Assembly (NCBI GenBank): GCA_963674865.2
Contig: CAXXYE010000007.1
Span: 339,746 to 403,745, forward strand
Direction of reading: 5' to 3'
Length of the DNA: 64,000 bases
From: Candidatus Hydrogenedentota bacterium
GTDB lineage: Bacteria > Hydrogenedentota > Hydrogenedentia > Hydrogenedentales > SLHB01
Below the pieces are notes generated by a model that saw nothing but the letters and a program-made list of their open reading frames with translations, ran no database searches and was not told where the DNA came from. Shown here in pieces: positions 1 to 10,349 of the stretch. The stretch's first letter is position 1, and every line of letters starts with the position of its first letter. Both the position numbers and the translations under genes were made by a program.

Positions 1-857
1 CCATGCGTCCTGGTGCTGATGCGCCCCCTACGGCGTCTAGTCCGTTGCCGCTGTAGTCCCTTGTGTCGGTGTCAAACGGCCAGTATGCAATACACCCAAC
101 AGACGCGAAATCGTATCCCGCGTACCAAGGCTCGCCATAGTCGTACTCCCAGAAGTCCGCGATGCCGCTACTGTCCTCGTCGCTGGCCAGTGCGTGAACT
201 TCACCTGCCGAGAGCGCGCGATCGAAGATCACCGCTTCATCGAATCGGCCGACGATACGGCTGCTCCAGCCCTGCGTGAAGTTGTGGCGCCCGAAATACA
301 GCGGCTCGGCGTCGGGAACATCCACCGTCCAACTGGCTCCTGAATCGTGCTGCTTGCATGCAAGCAAGTTGCCGCTGCTGTCATGGAGATAGAAGACCGA
401 GTAGCCGTCCTGGAACACGCCAGTGAGGTGATACCAACGGTTCTGCGGCGCGCCATCATATTGTGCGCCCGTCCAAAGGCCCCCGCCGTTAACGCCGTCC
501 GGATTGCGGCTGAACGTGGCGTACAATTCGTTGCCCCCGCCTTCGACGAGGCCGTACCAATCCTGGGTGCCCCAGAAATCATCTTTTCCGCGTCCCATGA
601 TCAACTCGCTGCCGATTGGGTGGGTGTTCTCCGGATAGAACCAGCACGAGATGGTCATCTCGTTGAGGTTATCCAGTAGCGGCGACGGGGCGACCTCCAT
701 GTAGGTGTTGTCAACGCGATAGGCTCCGCCCATGCGTCCTGGTGCTGATGCGCCCCCTACGGCGTCTAGTCCGTTGCCGCTGTAGTCCCTTGTGTCGGTG
801 TCAAACGGCCAGTATGCAATACACCCAACTGACGCGAAATCGTATCCCGCGTACCAA
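1..857. repeat. Intragenic direct repeat (start of LamG module), 1-128 vs 730-857
   Basis: The two copies are near-identical (one mismatch seen). The 729-bp spacing equals 243 codons, i.e. an in-frame domain duplication. Confidence 0.9.
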
Positions 858-2245
858 TCATTCTCTGCGGACCCCAACGAAATGACCAGGTCGACGGTGT
901 CCCCACAGTGCGTAGTCACGCCTCCTGCCGGGCTCTGACGGATGACACGCCCTTCCGTCACGCTTTCGCTATGCTCCATCGAAACCGTTCCAACCATAAG
1001 ATGATTTGACTCAACGGTTTCTTCGGCATCCGCTTGAGGCATACTCACCACATTCGGGACTACCACGCTATCCAGCGCGAAATGGGCTGACACGACCATA
1101 TCCTCGTTGAGGAGAATGCTCCTGGGGTTGGCCGTTCCCGTCAAAGCGCCCGACCAGTTCGAGAACACTGTGTCGGCGTCTCCCGGAATAGCGGCCAACG
1201 TCACCACCGTGCCCACTTCGTAGCCGTTTGGACCAGGCCATGGATACGGCACAACGTTGCCGTTCCCGCTGACGTTCACCGTCAGTTGACAAAAGGCAGG
1301 TTCATCTTGCCCTAAGGAAATAGCCAAATCGACGCTGCTCCCCCTTCCGACGTACAAGCCCGCATTCGGATCCTGAGTGACTACCTGGCCCTGGGGAATC
1401 GTATTGCTATACACCTGCGAGACCCTGCCGACGCACAGGTAGGCCGATTCGATAGCAGAACGTGCCGCTCCTTCAGTCATGCCAACCACGTTTGGGATTG
1501 TCACGCCGTCCAGCGCGAAATGGGCTGACACGATCATATCCTCGTTGAGGAGAATGCTCCTGGGATTGGCCGTTCCCGTTAGGGCGCCCGACCAGTGTGA
1601 GAAGACTGTGTTGGCATCGCCCGGAATAGCCGTCAAGGTCACTAGCGTCCCCACCTCATAGCCGTCTTGACCAGGCCCCGGGTATTGCACAACATCGCCA
1701 TTCCCGCTGGTACTGATCGTCAGTTGACAGTATGCAGGCTCATTTTGGCCTTGGGCGACAACCAAGTTGACGCTGCTGCCTTCCTGAACAGAAAGGCCTG
1801 CAGTGGGATTCTGAGCGACCACATGCCCCTCAGGGACCGCACCGCTGTAAGCGTAAGAGACCGTGCCGACATGTAGGCCGGCCAATTCAATCGCTGACCG
1901 CGCTGCTTCTTGAGCCATGCTCGCGACCGACGGGACCTCCACCAAATGTGATTGTCCTGTCCCAGTTGACACGATGAGATTCACGGAAGTACCCATCTGA
2001 ACGAGGACTCCCGCAGCCGGGCTTTGCAGGACGACATGTCCCTTTGGCACGGAGTCGTTCGGGCTCTGAGTGACGGCCCCCACGGAAAGACCGGCTGATT
2101 GAATCGTCGCTTCCGCAGACGAGTGGTCCATGCTTGTTACGTTCGGAACGCTTACGACGGACCCGGTCGGACACCCTAAGAGCGCAGTCAGCGCGGCCAG
2201 AACAAGAGATGAGGCAGCAATTCGAGCAAGGCGTGTGCAGAACAT
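1..2245 (-). CDS. Large lipoprotein with PASTA domains, InlB B-type repeats and LamG-like domains (runs off the left edge)
   Basis: Absent from the ORF track because its stop is outside the window. Manual translation from ATG 2245 (RBS AAGGAGG) gives MFCTRLARIAASSLVLAALTALLGCP (lipobox) and PASTA-like VPNVTSM...AGLSVGAVTQ..DSVPKGHVVLQSP. Two InlB-B-like units follow (LTVNVSGNGNV...YEVGTVVTLAAIP..FSNWSG), then LamG-like AYWPFD..RDYSGNG...TISCWF...WYHLTGV...FDEAVIFDRAL. The start and the LamG segment at the window edge are in the same frame. Confidence 0.85.
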   Translation of the reverse strand, partial: MFCTRLARIAASSLVLAALTALLGCPTGSVVSVPNVTSMDHSSAEATIQSAGLSVGAVTQSPNDSVPKGHVVLQSPAAGVLVQMGTSVNLIVSTGTGQSHLVEVPSVASMAQEAARSAIELAGLHVGTVSYAYSGAVPEGHVVAQNPTAGLSVQEGSSVNLVVAQGQNEPAYCQLTISTSGNGDVVQYPGPGQDGYEVGTLVTLTAIPGDANTVFSHWSGALTGTANPRSILLNEDMIVSAHFALDGVTIPNVVGMTEGAARSAIESAYLCVGRVSQVYSNTIPQGQVVTQDPNAGLYVGRGSSVDLAISLGQDEPAFCQLTVNVSGNGNVVPYPWPGPNGYEVGTVVTLAAIPGDADTVFSNWSGALTGTANPRSILLNEDMVVSAHFALDSVVVPNVVSMPQADAEETVESNHLMVGTVSMEHSESVTEGRVIRQSPAGGVTTHCGDTVDLVISLGSAENDWYAGYDFASVGCIAYWPFDTDTRDYSGNGLDAVGGASAPGRMGGAYRVDNTYMEVAPSPLLDNLNEMTISCWFYPENTHPIGSELIMGRGKDDFWGTQDWYGLVEGGGNELYATFSRNPDGVNGGGLWTGAQYDGAPQNRWYHLTGVFQDGYSVFYLHDSSGNLLACKQHDSGASWTVDVPDAEPLYFGRHNFTQGWSSRIVGRFDEAVIFDRALSAGEVHALASDEDSSGIADFWEYDYGEPWYAGYDFASVGCIAYWPFDTDTRDYSGNGLDAVGGASAPGRM
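1071..1730. repeat. Intragenic duplication of PASTA+InlB-B module
   Basis: TCCAGCGCGAAATGGGCTGACACGA...GAGGAGAATGCTCCTGGG recurs at 1071 and 1509 (438-bp period). Confidence 0.85.
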
Positions 2246-2291
2246 AGCGTTTCCCTCCTTACGCAATGGCTTCGGTTCGCGGATAGAGAAG

Positions 2292-2307
2292 CGCAAACCG
2301 CGTGCCA
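2292..2307 (-). promoter_or_regulatory. sigma-54 (-24/-12) promoter motif
   Basis: Minus strand TGGCACGCGGTTTGCG matches TGGCAC-N5-TTGC, about 45 nt upstream of the PASTA gene start. Confidence 0.75.
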
Positions 2308-2415
2308 AGCTTCATGTGACTAACGCGTCACATCGGAAGGTTTGTACACGTAGTAATAGGAAGAAGGAGCTGATCGTTGAACCGAAAGGAGAGACTCCTA
2401 CGATGCGAAATGAAG

Positions 2416-3600
2416 CTACTGAAGCTTACTGAGTGATGCGCGGGCCTTTAGGCTCCCAACAATGGAAGGGCCTTTGTGAACCTTCTCGGCCCATAGCGCA
2501 TCAGATAGAGGACGTCTAATCCACTGACCGTGGCGTATGCTTCTCACCTTCAAGGACACATCGTCTAGATAGATGAGGTCGCCCGACTGCACCTTTTCGG
2601 CCGTCCCGATCTCGAGGGCGTGTTCGTTCAGCCGTGTCGTAGGGGGATCGCACGGGTCTTGAACGGACCATTGCCCTTGCTTGTCTAGGCAAAGCGTGCA
2701 TTGTCCCCTTGAGGAGGCCGAACTTAGGATAATGATTGATAGGAATCGGCTCTTGATTTCCTCCTCAGGGGACTGACGACACGCCCCGGAACCTACTATC
2801 CAGAACTCCCCGCGGTTGAACGCTTCGGAGTAAGACGCGAAGAACAACAAAAGGGCCTCGTGCGTGCCGTCTATCGAAAGGTCCGCCAGCAGCCAGGATA
2901 CGTTCTCGACCTCAGTGTAGGTGCGCCCCAAGTCCATGGGGGACATGACCAGAACCGCGTCATCTGGCACCTCGTTAGGAAGAAAGATATGCTCCTTCCT
3001 AAACCACTGTTCCGCCACAAGGTACTTGGAGGCCATGGCCTTCACTCCGCATTGCTCTTTGAGTTCATGAATCGACTCTAAGACGTGCTGCAATAGACTT
3101 TCGGCGGCGGCCAAGGCCGGTGAGCGTCCGCTGTCAGCATGCCGGACCCGCACGCGCACCAGTTCCCAGTTCTCGAAGATGCATTCTACTTCAACCTTGG
3201 CGCTGATACGGCAGCGGTACGTCGTGGTTTGGAATTCGCTGCAATACGTTTTGTCCCCGTAGCCGAGTTCATGGCTGTCCGGGCGGGACTGTAAGTCCTC
3301 CTCTAGTGGGTCCAGTATGCTTCGGATGAAACTGAGGCGAGGAATGATCCGGTCAAACAACGCACCGATTGGGCCGCTCCATGAGGATTCCGTCTTGTAG
3401 CCGGGTTCCCGTTTGTATACCGTGGCCTTGCGGTAGGTCACAGGAAACGCTTGCCCAGTCGGTGCGCAAACAAGCTGATAGCCGCCCGCGCCATCGTGCC
3501 GCAAGACGAAGGCCTTCCCCTCGGCGCGCGTGGGGTGGTCGCCTGCGCTCGGCATGTCCTGCGGTTCGCGATACATCTTTCCCAGTTTCCCTTCCACCAC
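2416..3600 (-). CDS. Hypothetical protein with a degenerate FHA-like C-terminal segment
   Basis: 394-aa ORF, start uncertain (3600 or 3576). The C-terminal CTLCLDKQGQWSVQD..PTTRLNEHAL...VQSGDLIYLDDVSLKV resembles the second half of FHA domains but lacks the canonical GR/SxxH/NGT residues. Confidence 0.5.
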   Translation of the reverse strand: MVEGKLGKMYREPQDMPSAGDHPTRAEGKAFVLRHDGAGGYQLVCAPTGQAFPVTYRKATVYKREPGYKTESSWSGPIGALFDRIIPRLSFIRSILDPLEEDLQSRPDSHELGYGDKTYCSEFQTTTYRCRISAKVEVECIFENWELVRVRVRHADSGRSPALAAAESLLQHVLESIHELKEQCGVKAMASKYLVAEQWFRKEHIFLPNEVPDDAVLVMSPMDLGRTYTEVENVSWLLADLSIDGTHEALLLFFASYSEAFNRGEFWIVGSGACRQSPEEEIKSRFLSIIILSSASSRGQCTLCLDKQGQWSVQDPCDPPTTRLNEHALEIGTAEKVQSGDLIYLDDVSLKVRSIRHGQWIRRPLSDALWAEKVHKGPSIVGSLKARASLSKLQ

Positions 3601-3691
3601 TGGCCGGTTAGATTAGCAGAGGCTCAGCAAGCGGGCCAAATGTCGGCGCGTTCTTGCCGCGATGACCCCAATCTGAGGCCTTCCATCCGGC

Positions 3692-4666
3692 TCACGCCGC
3701 TTCAAGGATATCCTGCACATGTTCTCTGCGGATGCGGCCGGTGTGGCCTTTGTACGTTACGAGGTAGTAGTCATCGGCGTCCACGACAACTTCCGCGGGC
3801 TGGGTCAAACCGTTAGCGAAGCGGATGGTGTAGTACCGTCCCTTCGTCGTCGGCAACGCGGGCGCTTCGGGCCGTTTGCCGGCGGCCAACTGGATGACCG
3901 TGGCTCCTTGCGTCGTGTACTGTCCGGCAAACCGCTGCACGCGGCGCACGTACTCCTGTGTCTCCTTGAACGGCGGGACGCCGCCGTACCGCTTCACGTT
4001 GCCGGGCCCGGCGTTATAAGCCGCGAGGGCGAGGGTCAGGTCGCCATCAAAGAGTTCGAGCATTCTCGCGAGGTACTGCGTTCCTCCGGCGACGTTCTGC
4101 TCGGGGTCGAAGATGTCGGACACGCCCATATCCGCCGCCGTGCCCGGCATAAGTTGCATCAGCCCGCGCGCGCCCGCAGGGGAGACGGCGTTCGGGTTGA
4201 AATTGCTCTCGGCCTTGATCACGGCGAGCACGATGTTCGGCTCGACGCCGTACATCCTCGAATAGCGTCGGGCCAGGTCGTCGATGCCCGGCACGTCTTC
4301 CGGCTCGAGGGAGGTGATGTAGGGCGGTTTCGACGGCACGCGGATGGTCTCGTAGGCAATATTGATTCCCTCGTAGTCCTCTTTGCGGGGATACTCCTCC
4401 GTGCGGTTGTGCAGGGCGATGATGCCCCGTTCACGCAGCCGGTCGAGAATGTTGCCACTCCCTTCCCGACGTCGCCTGAACCGCCGGAAGATGCCTCCTC
4501 TCTCTGCAGTCGCTTCGGCCCGGTCCTCTGCTGCATACACCTGCGAGTAAGGCTGTAAGAGATCTTCACTCATGGAAAAGACGAGTGCGGCGAGCATGAG
4601 CGCCGCGACAAGACGAACTCTCGGGCGCACGCCCGTGCGTGAACTCACTTTCGGCTGGTTTACCAT
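3692..4666 (-). CDS. Membrane-anchored/exported lytic transglycosylase (SLT domain)
   Basis: SLT motifs AVIKAESNFNPNAVSPAGARGLMQLMPGTA, LALAAYNAGPGNV and ETQEYV. N-terminal hydrophobic segment. ATG 4666 has a GGAGG RBS. Confidence 0.92.
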   Translation of the reverse strand: MVNQPKVSSRTGVRPRVRLVAALMLAALVFSMSEDLLQPYSQVYAAEDRAEATAERGGIFRRFRRRREGSGNILDRLRERGIIALHNRTEEYPRKEDYEGINIAYETIRVPSKPPYITSLEPEDVPGIDDLARRYSRMYGVEPNIVLAVIKAESNFNPNAVSPAGARGLMQLMPGTAADMGVSDIFDPEQNVAGGTQYLARMLELFDGDLTLALAAYNAGPGNVKRYGGVPPFKETQEYVRRVQRFAGQYTTQGATVIQLAAGKRPEAPALPTTKGRYYTIRFANGLTQPAEVVVDADDYYLVTYKGHTGRIRREHVQDILEAA

Positions 4667-4796
4667 TGCCCCTCCCCATGCTGGTCGGCATTCCAAGGGC
4701 CTGCGGGACGCAGAGCCGCGCCCATAATCTACTGTGGCAGGGCACGCTGTTCAACAACGGCCCCATGGTTGTCCTCACCGTCTCGTCATCAGGAAG

Positions 4797-4812
4797 AGCA
4801 ATCACAATGCCA
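4797..4812 (-). promoter_or_regulatory. sigma-54 promoter motif
   Basis: Minus strand TGGCATTGTGATTGCT (GG-N10-GC), upstream of the SLT gene. Confidence 0.6.
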
Positions 4813-4908
4813 AATCCATGTGACATGCCGGTCCCTATCGCCCTGTTCGGGCGTTGGCGAGCGACTTGCTCCTGAGTAAGTGGAAGAGACTTTGAAAGGA
4901 CGGCAGAA

Positions 4909-5217
4909 ATGATGCCTGTGCAGATGACGGAAGCCCGGTGCGAATGGTGCGCACGCACCTGCCGCGAAACGCATCTCTGGCGTTTGCCCCATCTCACACC
5001 GAACGGGAGCAGGTTCGAGACCGTGCTTGTCTGTCCCTCCTGCGCCTTCGACGCGTGCGAGACCTGGCAGGACGAGATGACCGCCCTCAATAGCCAGGCC
5101 GTCCTCGAAGCCTGGAACCTCTGGACGCAGGAAAAGAGCGTACCCTTTCTCAAAGCCGACGACGGCCGCGATCTCCGCACCGCCCTCCGCCTCGTCGTCA
5201 TGGCGGGCGGAGTGTAA
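4909..5217 (+). CDS. Small hypothetical protein with two CxxC motifs (possible Zn ribbon)
   Basis: 102 aa with CEWC and CPSC. AAGGA upstream. The only plausible plus-strand gene in the cluster. Confidence 0.55.
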   Translation: MMPVQMTEARCEWCARTCRETHLWRLPHLTPNGSRFETVLVCPSCAFDACETWQDEMTALNSQAVLEAWNLWTQEKSVPFLKADDGRDLRTALRLVVMAGGV

Positions 5218-5272
5218 GGCCCTGTTTGACCGGCGGAGACACGCGCCTGCCGGAGAGCTAACGCCTCTCAGC

Positions 5273-8200
5273 TCAATTGTTCACAAACCTCCGCAGTCTC
5301 TCTAACTTGTATAAACGAATGCGTTCGTCAACAGGCATCTCCCTATTTCCCGGCAGCTGTTCCTCATTCCAGGGAAACGAGGGCAAAATGGCCACCTTCT
5401 TCGAGTCGCTCAAGACAAGATGTCTACCGTCTGGACTGAAGCACGAGTTTCCGAGGGGAAAGTCAGGTTGGGCAAACTGCATAACTTCCCGGCCGGTCGC
5501 CACATCCCACAGCTTTGCCGTCATGGCGTATGCACCTGCCGTAACCAGGCGACTGCCGTCTGAGCTGAAGTTCAGGGACGCCACGGAGCGTGTCGAATGC
5601 GCCTTCGCACTCCACATTTGCCGTCCTGAAGAGACTTCCCAAGCCGCCACGCCCCCGTCGGTGCCTCCCACTGCGATTACGTCGCTTGTCGGGCTCAAGG
5701 CTGCACCTCCAATGTCCTCCCCCTCGATAGAATAGGAACCTTGTTGATGACCGGTATCGCGGTCCCAGAGTAGCACACCTTCTTCCCGACGCCCCACGGC
5801 CATGTACTTTCCGTTGGGACTGAAAGCGACGCAGGTGACATCCCCTTCTCCTCCTAACGAGCGAAGGAATTCCCCTGTCTTGGCATTCAGGAGAACGCTC
5901 TTCCCCGCGTCGCCGACCACGCCCACCTGCCCACCGTCGGGGCTGAACACCGTCGTGCATTTGTCTGGCCTGCTCAGTTCGAGTGTGGGGCCTTGGAACA
6001 TCCACTGCTCTATACCTGTGGACAGATCCCTGAGCCTGACCGCGCCATCCCCATCGACTGTGGCCAGGCTCCTGCCATCCGGACTTATCGACAAGCCATC
6101 TATGGTTGCTCCTTCGGCGGTGAGTGTTCTCACGCGGCGTCCGGAGCCCACATCCAAGATGCTTATCTGTCCCGTCTGCAAAGCAATCAGATGGTCGCCA
6201 TCGGGCGTGAAGACGACCGAAGAGGAGATCACGGGGCATTCAGTGGCACCGACTCTTTGCTGCTGCCCAGCCAGGTCCCAGATCTTGGCTGTGCCCTCAT
6301 TGCTGGCCGTGGCCAATCGAGTACCATCTGGGCTGACGGCGACGGCGTGAACCGTCCCCGAATGAACAAGTGTTCGTAAAACACTGCCAGTGTCGATATC
6401 CCACAGGTCCACGTGGCCGCCCTTGCCACCGGTCAGCAAGTGTTGGCCATCCGGCGTGAAACACACTATCTTCAGCCCACCTTGCATCTGAAGTCTTCGC
6501 ACCTCTGTCTCTTGGGCCACGTCCCAGAACACCACGTGAGTATTATCGTTATCAATAAAGGCCAGCAATTCGCCGTTTGGGCTGAAACCCATGCGGGCTT
6601 GCCCCGGGAATCGCGAGATAAGACTGCCCGTCGAAACGTCCCAGACACGCACAACCAAGTCTTCGGCACTCGCCGTTGCCAACGTCCGGCCGTCTGGGCT
6701 CAACGCAAGGGAACTGACGTGTTCAGCCTCGGGGGTGAACGACATAGTCTCCTTGGCAGTGTCAATGTCCCAGAGCCTGGTCGTTCCATCCCAGCTCGAT
6801 GTAACCAAGCGTTTGCCATCTGGCAGAAAAGCTAGGTCATTGGCGCCCCCAGTACCATCCCCAAGTCTCTGGACCACGGTGTCCGTCTCCACATCCCACA
6901 CCACCGCACAGACTTGGGAGCTGTCGCCGCCAATGGCCACGAACCGCCCCAATGGACTGAAAGCCACGCATTTGAGCTTGCCAAAATCTTCTGAGCCCCA
7001 TGTTCCAACCGAATTTCCCATTGCTACGTCCCAGACGATCGCTGTCCCGTCTACACTTGCCGTTGCCAGCAGTTTGCCGCCCGGACTAAAGGCGACGTCA
7101 TAGATGTTTTCTGAGTGACCACACAAGGTGACCAGGTCAAGGTTACTGAGATGTTGGAGATAGCCCCACTCCCAATTGCGGTGCTCTTCTGGGGCCGAAG
7201 CAAGAATCGTCCGAGCCTGCATAGCACGGCAACTATCCAGGGAGCCTTTCGCGGCGGCAATCGAGGCGTAGTAGAACTCCCGCTTGGCCTGCTCACTTGC
7301 GGCGACGACGCGTCGATTCTCTTGTAGCAGCCGCACGTAAGAGAAGGCGCTTACAGCGAGAAGCACGACCACCGCTGCCGCGGCTGTGAGCATGACCGCC
7401 CTGTGCCTACCGACAAACCGCCGGAGGTGTTCCGAGAACTTGTATTCATACGTCTGCACGAGTCGGCCGGATTGGAACCGCTCGATCTCCTCGGCCAGTT
7501 CCTTTACCGTCGGATAGCGTCCGTCGGGCTGTTTGGCCATCGCTCGTTCGGTTACCGCCACCAACTCGCGAGGAGCCTGCGGCTCAAGGCTACCGACCGG
7601 CTCGGGCTCTTTCTCCAGCACGTGATAGCGAATCTGAAGGGGATTCTCTCCCTCAAAGGGCGCCCTGCCCGCGAGAAGTTGATATAGAATCGCGCCCAGT
7701 GAATACACGTCTGAACGCTCATCGATGGCGTCCGCCTCGCCGCGTGCCTGCTCAGGCGGCATGTATGCCGGCGTGCCAATGACCTGTCCCACCGCGGTAA
7801 CACCGGCGTCGGTCCCTTGGACGAGCCCCATCTCCTGGAGCCGCTTCATCATCTCCTTCTCGTGCACGTCCTCCTGCGCACGGACCTTCGCCAGCCCCCA
7901 GTCCAGCACGACAGTCTCGCCGAACTCGCCCACCATCACGTTCACCGGTTTCAGGTCACGATGAATCACCCCCCGGTTGTGGGCATACGCCACGGCTTGG
8001 CAGAGGTCCATGAAATGCGGGAGGAGTTTCAGCCGCTCCCGCAAAGTCCCCGCGTCCTTAATGGCTTTCTCGAGCGTCCGGCCACGGACAAGCTTCATCG
8101 TGTAGTAGGGGCGCCCGTCCTGCCGCCGCCCCAGCTCATAGACCGGCACAATCGAGGGATGCTCCAACTGTCCGGTGACCCGGGCCTCCCGGAGAAATCG

Positions 8201-8746
8201 CGATATTAACGCCACGGTCTTCGGCGTCGTGCCCTCCGGTGTTTCTCCGGAACCTGCGGCAGGGAGCAGCTCCTTGAGCGCCACGTCCCGGCCTAGATAC
8301 TCGTCGTGGACAAGGAGCACCCGGCCCATACCGCCTTGGCCCTGTTTTCCCAGGTACGCGTACCGATCCTGGCTCTCTTCAACCGTCTTCCCGACGTCAG
8401 ACAGAGCGTCAGGGGGGCTGCCGGCCCCACTTGAGGATGGACGCACCTCTCCCGAAGCTGCGGCGGCAACGGAACCATGGAAGGACCTGAGCGCTTCCTG
8501 CTGTCCGCCGAAGGCCCCCAGAGCCGAGGCGTTGTCCCCTTTGAAGAACGACTCAGCCTGCTTTACCAACGCCCAGATGAGGCGACCGTCACGTTCAGAG
8601 AGCACCCCGGATTCCACAAGGCATTTCGGCAGACTGCCTGAGGAATCCTTTGCCCATTCCCGGGCAACTTCCGTGAACCTGGCGAGGTCAACGTTGCCAA
8701 GTCTAGTTGCTAAGAGCGCAAAAAGCAGATTTCGCTCAAGATCCAC
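5273..8746 (-). CDS. Ser/Thr protein kinase with hydrophobic segment and WD40 beta-propeller repeats
   Basis: Hanks kinase motifs GQGGMGRV, VALK, HRDLKPVN, DWGLAK and GTPAYMPPEQ. Hydrophobic stretch near aa 452-473. More than 10 WD40 repeats (VAFSPxG..LAT..D.T...WD). Confidence 0.95.
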   Translation of the reverse strand: MDLERNLLFALLATRLGNVDLARFTEVAREWAKDSSGSLPKCLVESGVLSERDGRLIWALVKQAESFFKGDNASALGAFGGQQEALRSFHGSVAAAASGEVRPSSSGAGSPPDALSDVGKTVEESQDRYAYLGKQGQGGMGRVLLVHDEYLGRDVALKELLPAAGSGETPEGTTPKTVALISRFLREARVTGQLEHPSIVPVYELGRRQDGRPYYTMKLVRGRTLEKAIKDAGTLRERLKLLPHFMDLCQAVAYAHNRGVIHRDLKPVNVMVGEFGETVVLDWGLAKVRAQEDVHEKEMMKRLQEMGLVQGTDAGVTAVGQVIGTPAYMPPEQARGEADAIDERSDVYSLGAILYQLLAGRAPFEGENPLQIRYHVLEKEPEPVGSLEPQAPRELVAVTERAMAKQPDGRYPTVKELAEEIERFQSGRLVQTYEYKFSEHLRRFVGRHRAVMLTAAAAVVVLLAVSAFSYVRLLQENRRVVAASEQAKREFYYASIAAAKGSLDSCRAMQARTILASAPEEHRNWEWGYLQHLSNLDLVTLCGHSENIYDVAFSPGGKLLATASVDGTAIVWDVAMGNSVGTWGSEDFGKLKCVAFSPLGRFVAIGGDSSQVCAVVWDVETDTVVQRLGDGTGGANDLAFLPDGKRLVTSSWDGTTRLWDIDTAKETMSFTPEAEHVSSLALSPDGRTLATASAEDLVVRVWDVSTGSLISRFPGQARMGFSPNGELLAFIDNDNTHVVFWDVAQETEVRRLQMQGGLKIVCFTPDGQHLLTGGKGGHVDLWDIDTGSVLRTLVHSGTVHAVAVSPDGTRLATASNEGTAKIWDLAGQQQRVGATECPVISSSVVFTPDGDHLIALQTGQISILDVGSGRRVRTLTAEGATIDGLSISPDGRSLATVDGDGAVRLRDLSTGIEQWMFQGPTLELSRPDKCTTVFSPDGGQVGVVGDAGKSVLLNAKTGEFLRSLGGEGDVTCVAFSPNGKYMAVGRREEGVLLWDRDTGHQQGSYSIEGEDIGGAALSPTSDVIAVGGTDGGVAAWEVSSGRQMWSAKAHSTRSVASLNFSSDGSRLVTAGAYAMTAKLWDVATGREVMQFAQPDFPLGNSCFSPDGRHLVLSDSKKVAILPSFPWNEEQLPGNREMPVDERIRLYKLERLRRFVNN

Positions 8747-8786
8747 GTCTCTTCTCCAGCTTCCCCCTCATCTCCGGCAACCCAGG

Positions 8787-10235
8787 CTACGTATACGCCG
8801 CCGAGAGTTCCGTAAGAAACTCAGCGGCCGTCGGATACCGCTCGTCGGGTCTTGATGCCAGGGCTCGGTCAATAACACGCGTTAGTGATGGTTCCAGTTC
8901 GGGCAGACGCGAACGGGCAGGAACAAGTCGATTCTCCAGGATGGCCTGTAAGGGATCCTGGTTGGACTTCGCTTCCCGTGGCGGGCGGCCCGTCAGCATG
9001 AAATAGAGTGTCGCTCCGAAGCTCCAAACGTCACTGGCCGGATTGACGTACTTGAAGTCCGTGAGTTGCTCACGTGGCATGAATGGGTACGTTCCAAGAT
9101 ACGTGCCCGTAGCGGTCAGACCACTGAAGCCGGCACCTTGGAAAGACTTCGCGAGGCCGAAGTCGCCGATCAGAGCCACGGAGCCTGCCTTCGTCTTCTT
9201 GAGGAGGATGTTCTCGGGTTTGACGTCTCGATGGACCAGCTGCCTTTCATGGGCGTACCGGAGCCCTTCCAGGGCCTGCAGCGCGACCGGCAACGCCACT
9301 TGCGTTGGCAGGCGGCCGCCACCGTCTCGGACCAGGTCGGCAACACTGCCTCCGTCGCAGTAGTCCATCTCGAACCAAAAGGCATCATCGACAGTGCCGC
9401 ACGCATGACAGGCCACAATGTTCGCATGACGCAGCTTGCGCAGAATGGTCGTTTCACGAAGAAAGCGTTCCCTGGATACGTCATCTACAGAGACTCTTGG
9501 CAGCATTAGCTTGAGGGCTACCGGCTCTTGTTGTTGGCGACGGTGGGCCAGGAAGACGGTGCCGCAGCCCCCTTCGCCGAGTTTCCTGTCGACTTCGTAG
9601 CCTGGGATGGCTGCGGCGTAGTCTTCGGGTGTCTCGCGAGACGGCTCCTGCCCGACACGGGGGGGAGCTTCACGCCCGCTGGGAGGACACCCCGGGGCAG
9701 CATGGCCGCGTATGGAGACGGCGAAAGCCGTTTCGCCAACTTGTATCCGGTCGCCGTCCTGAAGACTGACTTGAGGATAACGTCGCTTTGAGGCCTGTTG
9801 CGGCGTTTCTTCCTTGCCCCGGCCGCCGTATTTCTTGCCGTTGACATGGGTCCCGTTAAGACTTCCTAGGTCCCGTACGCACGCGCTCGGAGGACAGACT
9901 TCGAGGATGAAGTGATGGCGCGACACGAAGGAATCGTCTTTCAAGAAGGCGTGACAATCGGGACTTCTCCCAAAGAGGAAGGTGTCATACTGGTGGAATA
10001 CGAACCGCTCACCTGTCAACGGTCCACTGACGGCCTGCAGCTCGACGTGCCCAGATGAAGCCGTTGCGCGATCCCCCAGACTGTCGACGCACGTCCTTTT
10101 CATTCCGCGCACGTGGCCGTTGGACGCACGTGTCGCCCGTTCTCCTGATGTATCCACTGGGCCAGCGGGCCGACCACCGTCATCTCTAGGCGGAAGTAAG
10201 AGGTGGTGACCTCTAGAGAAGCCGTCAGCAGCCAC
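8787..10235 (-). CDS. FHA-domain Ser/Thr protein kinase
   Basis: FHA motifs FGRSPDC, VSRHH and DLGSLNGT. Kinase motifs GEGGCGTV, VALK, HRDVKPEN, DFGLAK and GTYPFMPREQ. Start approximate. Confidence 0.93.
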   Translation of the reverse strand: MAADGFSRGHHLLLPPRDDGGRPAGPVDTSGERATRASNGHVRGMKRTCVDSLGDRATASSGHVELQAVSGPLTGERFVFHQYDTFLFGRSPDCHAFLKDDSFVSRHHFILEVCPPSACVRDLGSLNGTHVNGKKYGGRGKEETPQQASKRRYPQVSLQDGDRIQVGETAFAVSIRGHAAPGCPPSGREAPPRVGQEPSRETPEDYAAAIPGYEVDRKLGEGGCGTVFLAHRRQQQEPVALKLMLPRVSVDDVSRERFLRETTILRKLRHANIVACHACGTVDDAFWFEMDYCDGGSVADLVRDGGGRLPTQVALPVALQALEGLRYAHERQLVHRDVKPENILLKKTKAGSVALIGDFGLAKSFQGAGFSGLTATGTYLGTYPFMPREQLTDFKYVNPASDVWSFGATLYFMLTGRPPREAKSNQDPLQAILENRLVPARSRLPELEPSLTRVIDRALASRPDERYPTAAEFLTELSAAYT

Positions 10236-10349
10236 GTCCGATTATTCCTCACTCCTTCCCGGGTACATCGCGCAGCCGCCCGACCTGAATTGGCTGTCGT
10301 AACGCTGGGCGGCTATCAAATACGGCTCGCGTTGTCTTCTTAGCAGTTT

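Noticed and set aside
3620..3645. sigma-54 motif upstream of the 2416-3600 gene
   Set aside because: TGGC and TTGC are present but with the wrong spacing (not GG-N10-GC).
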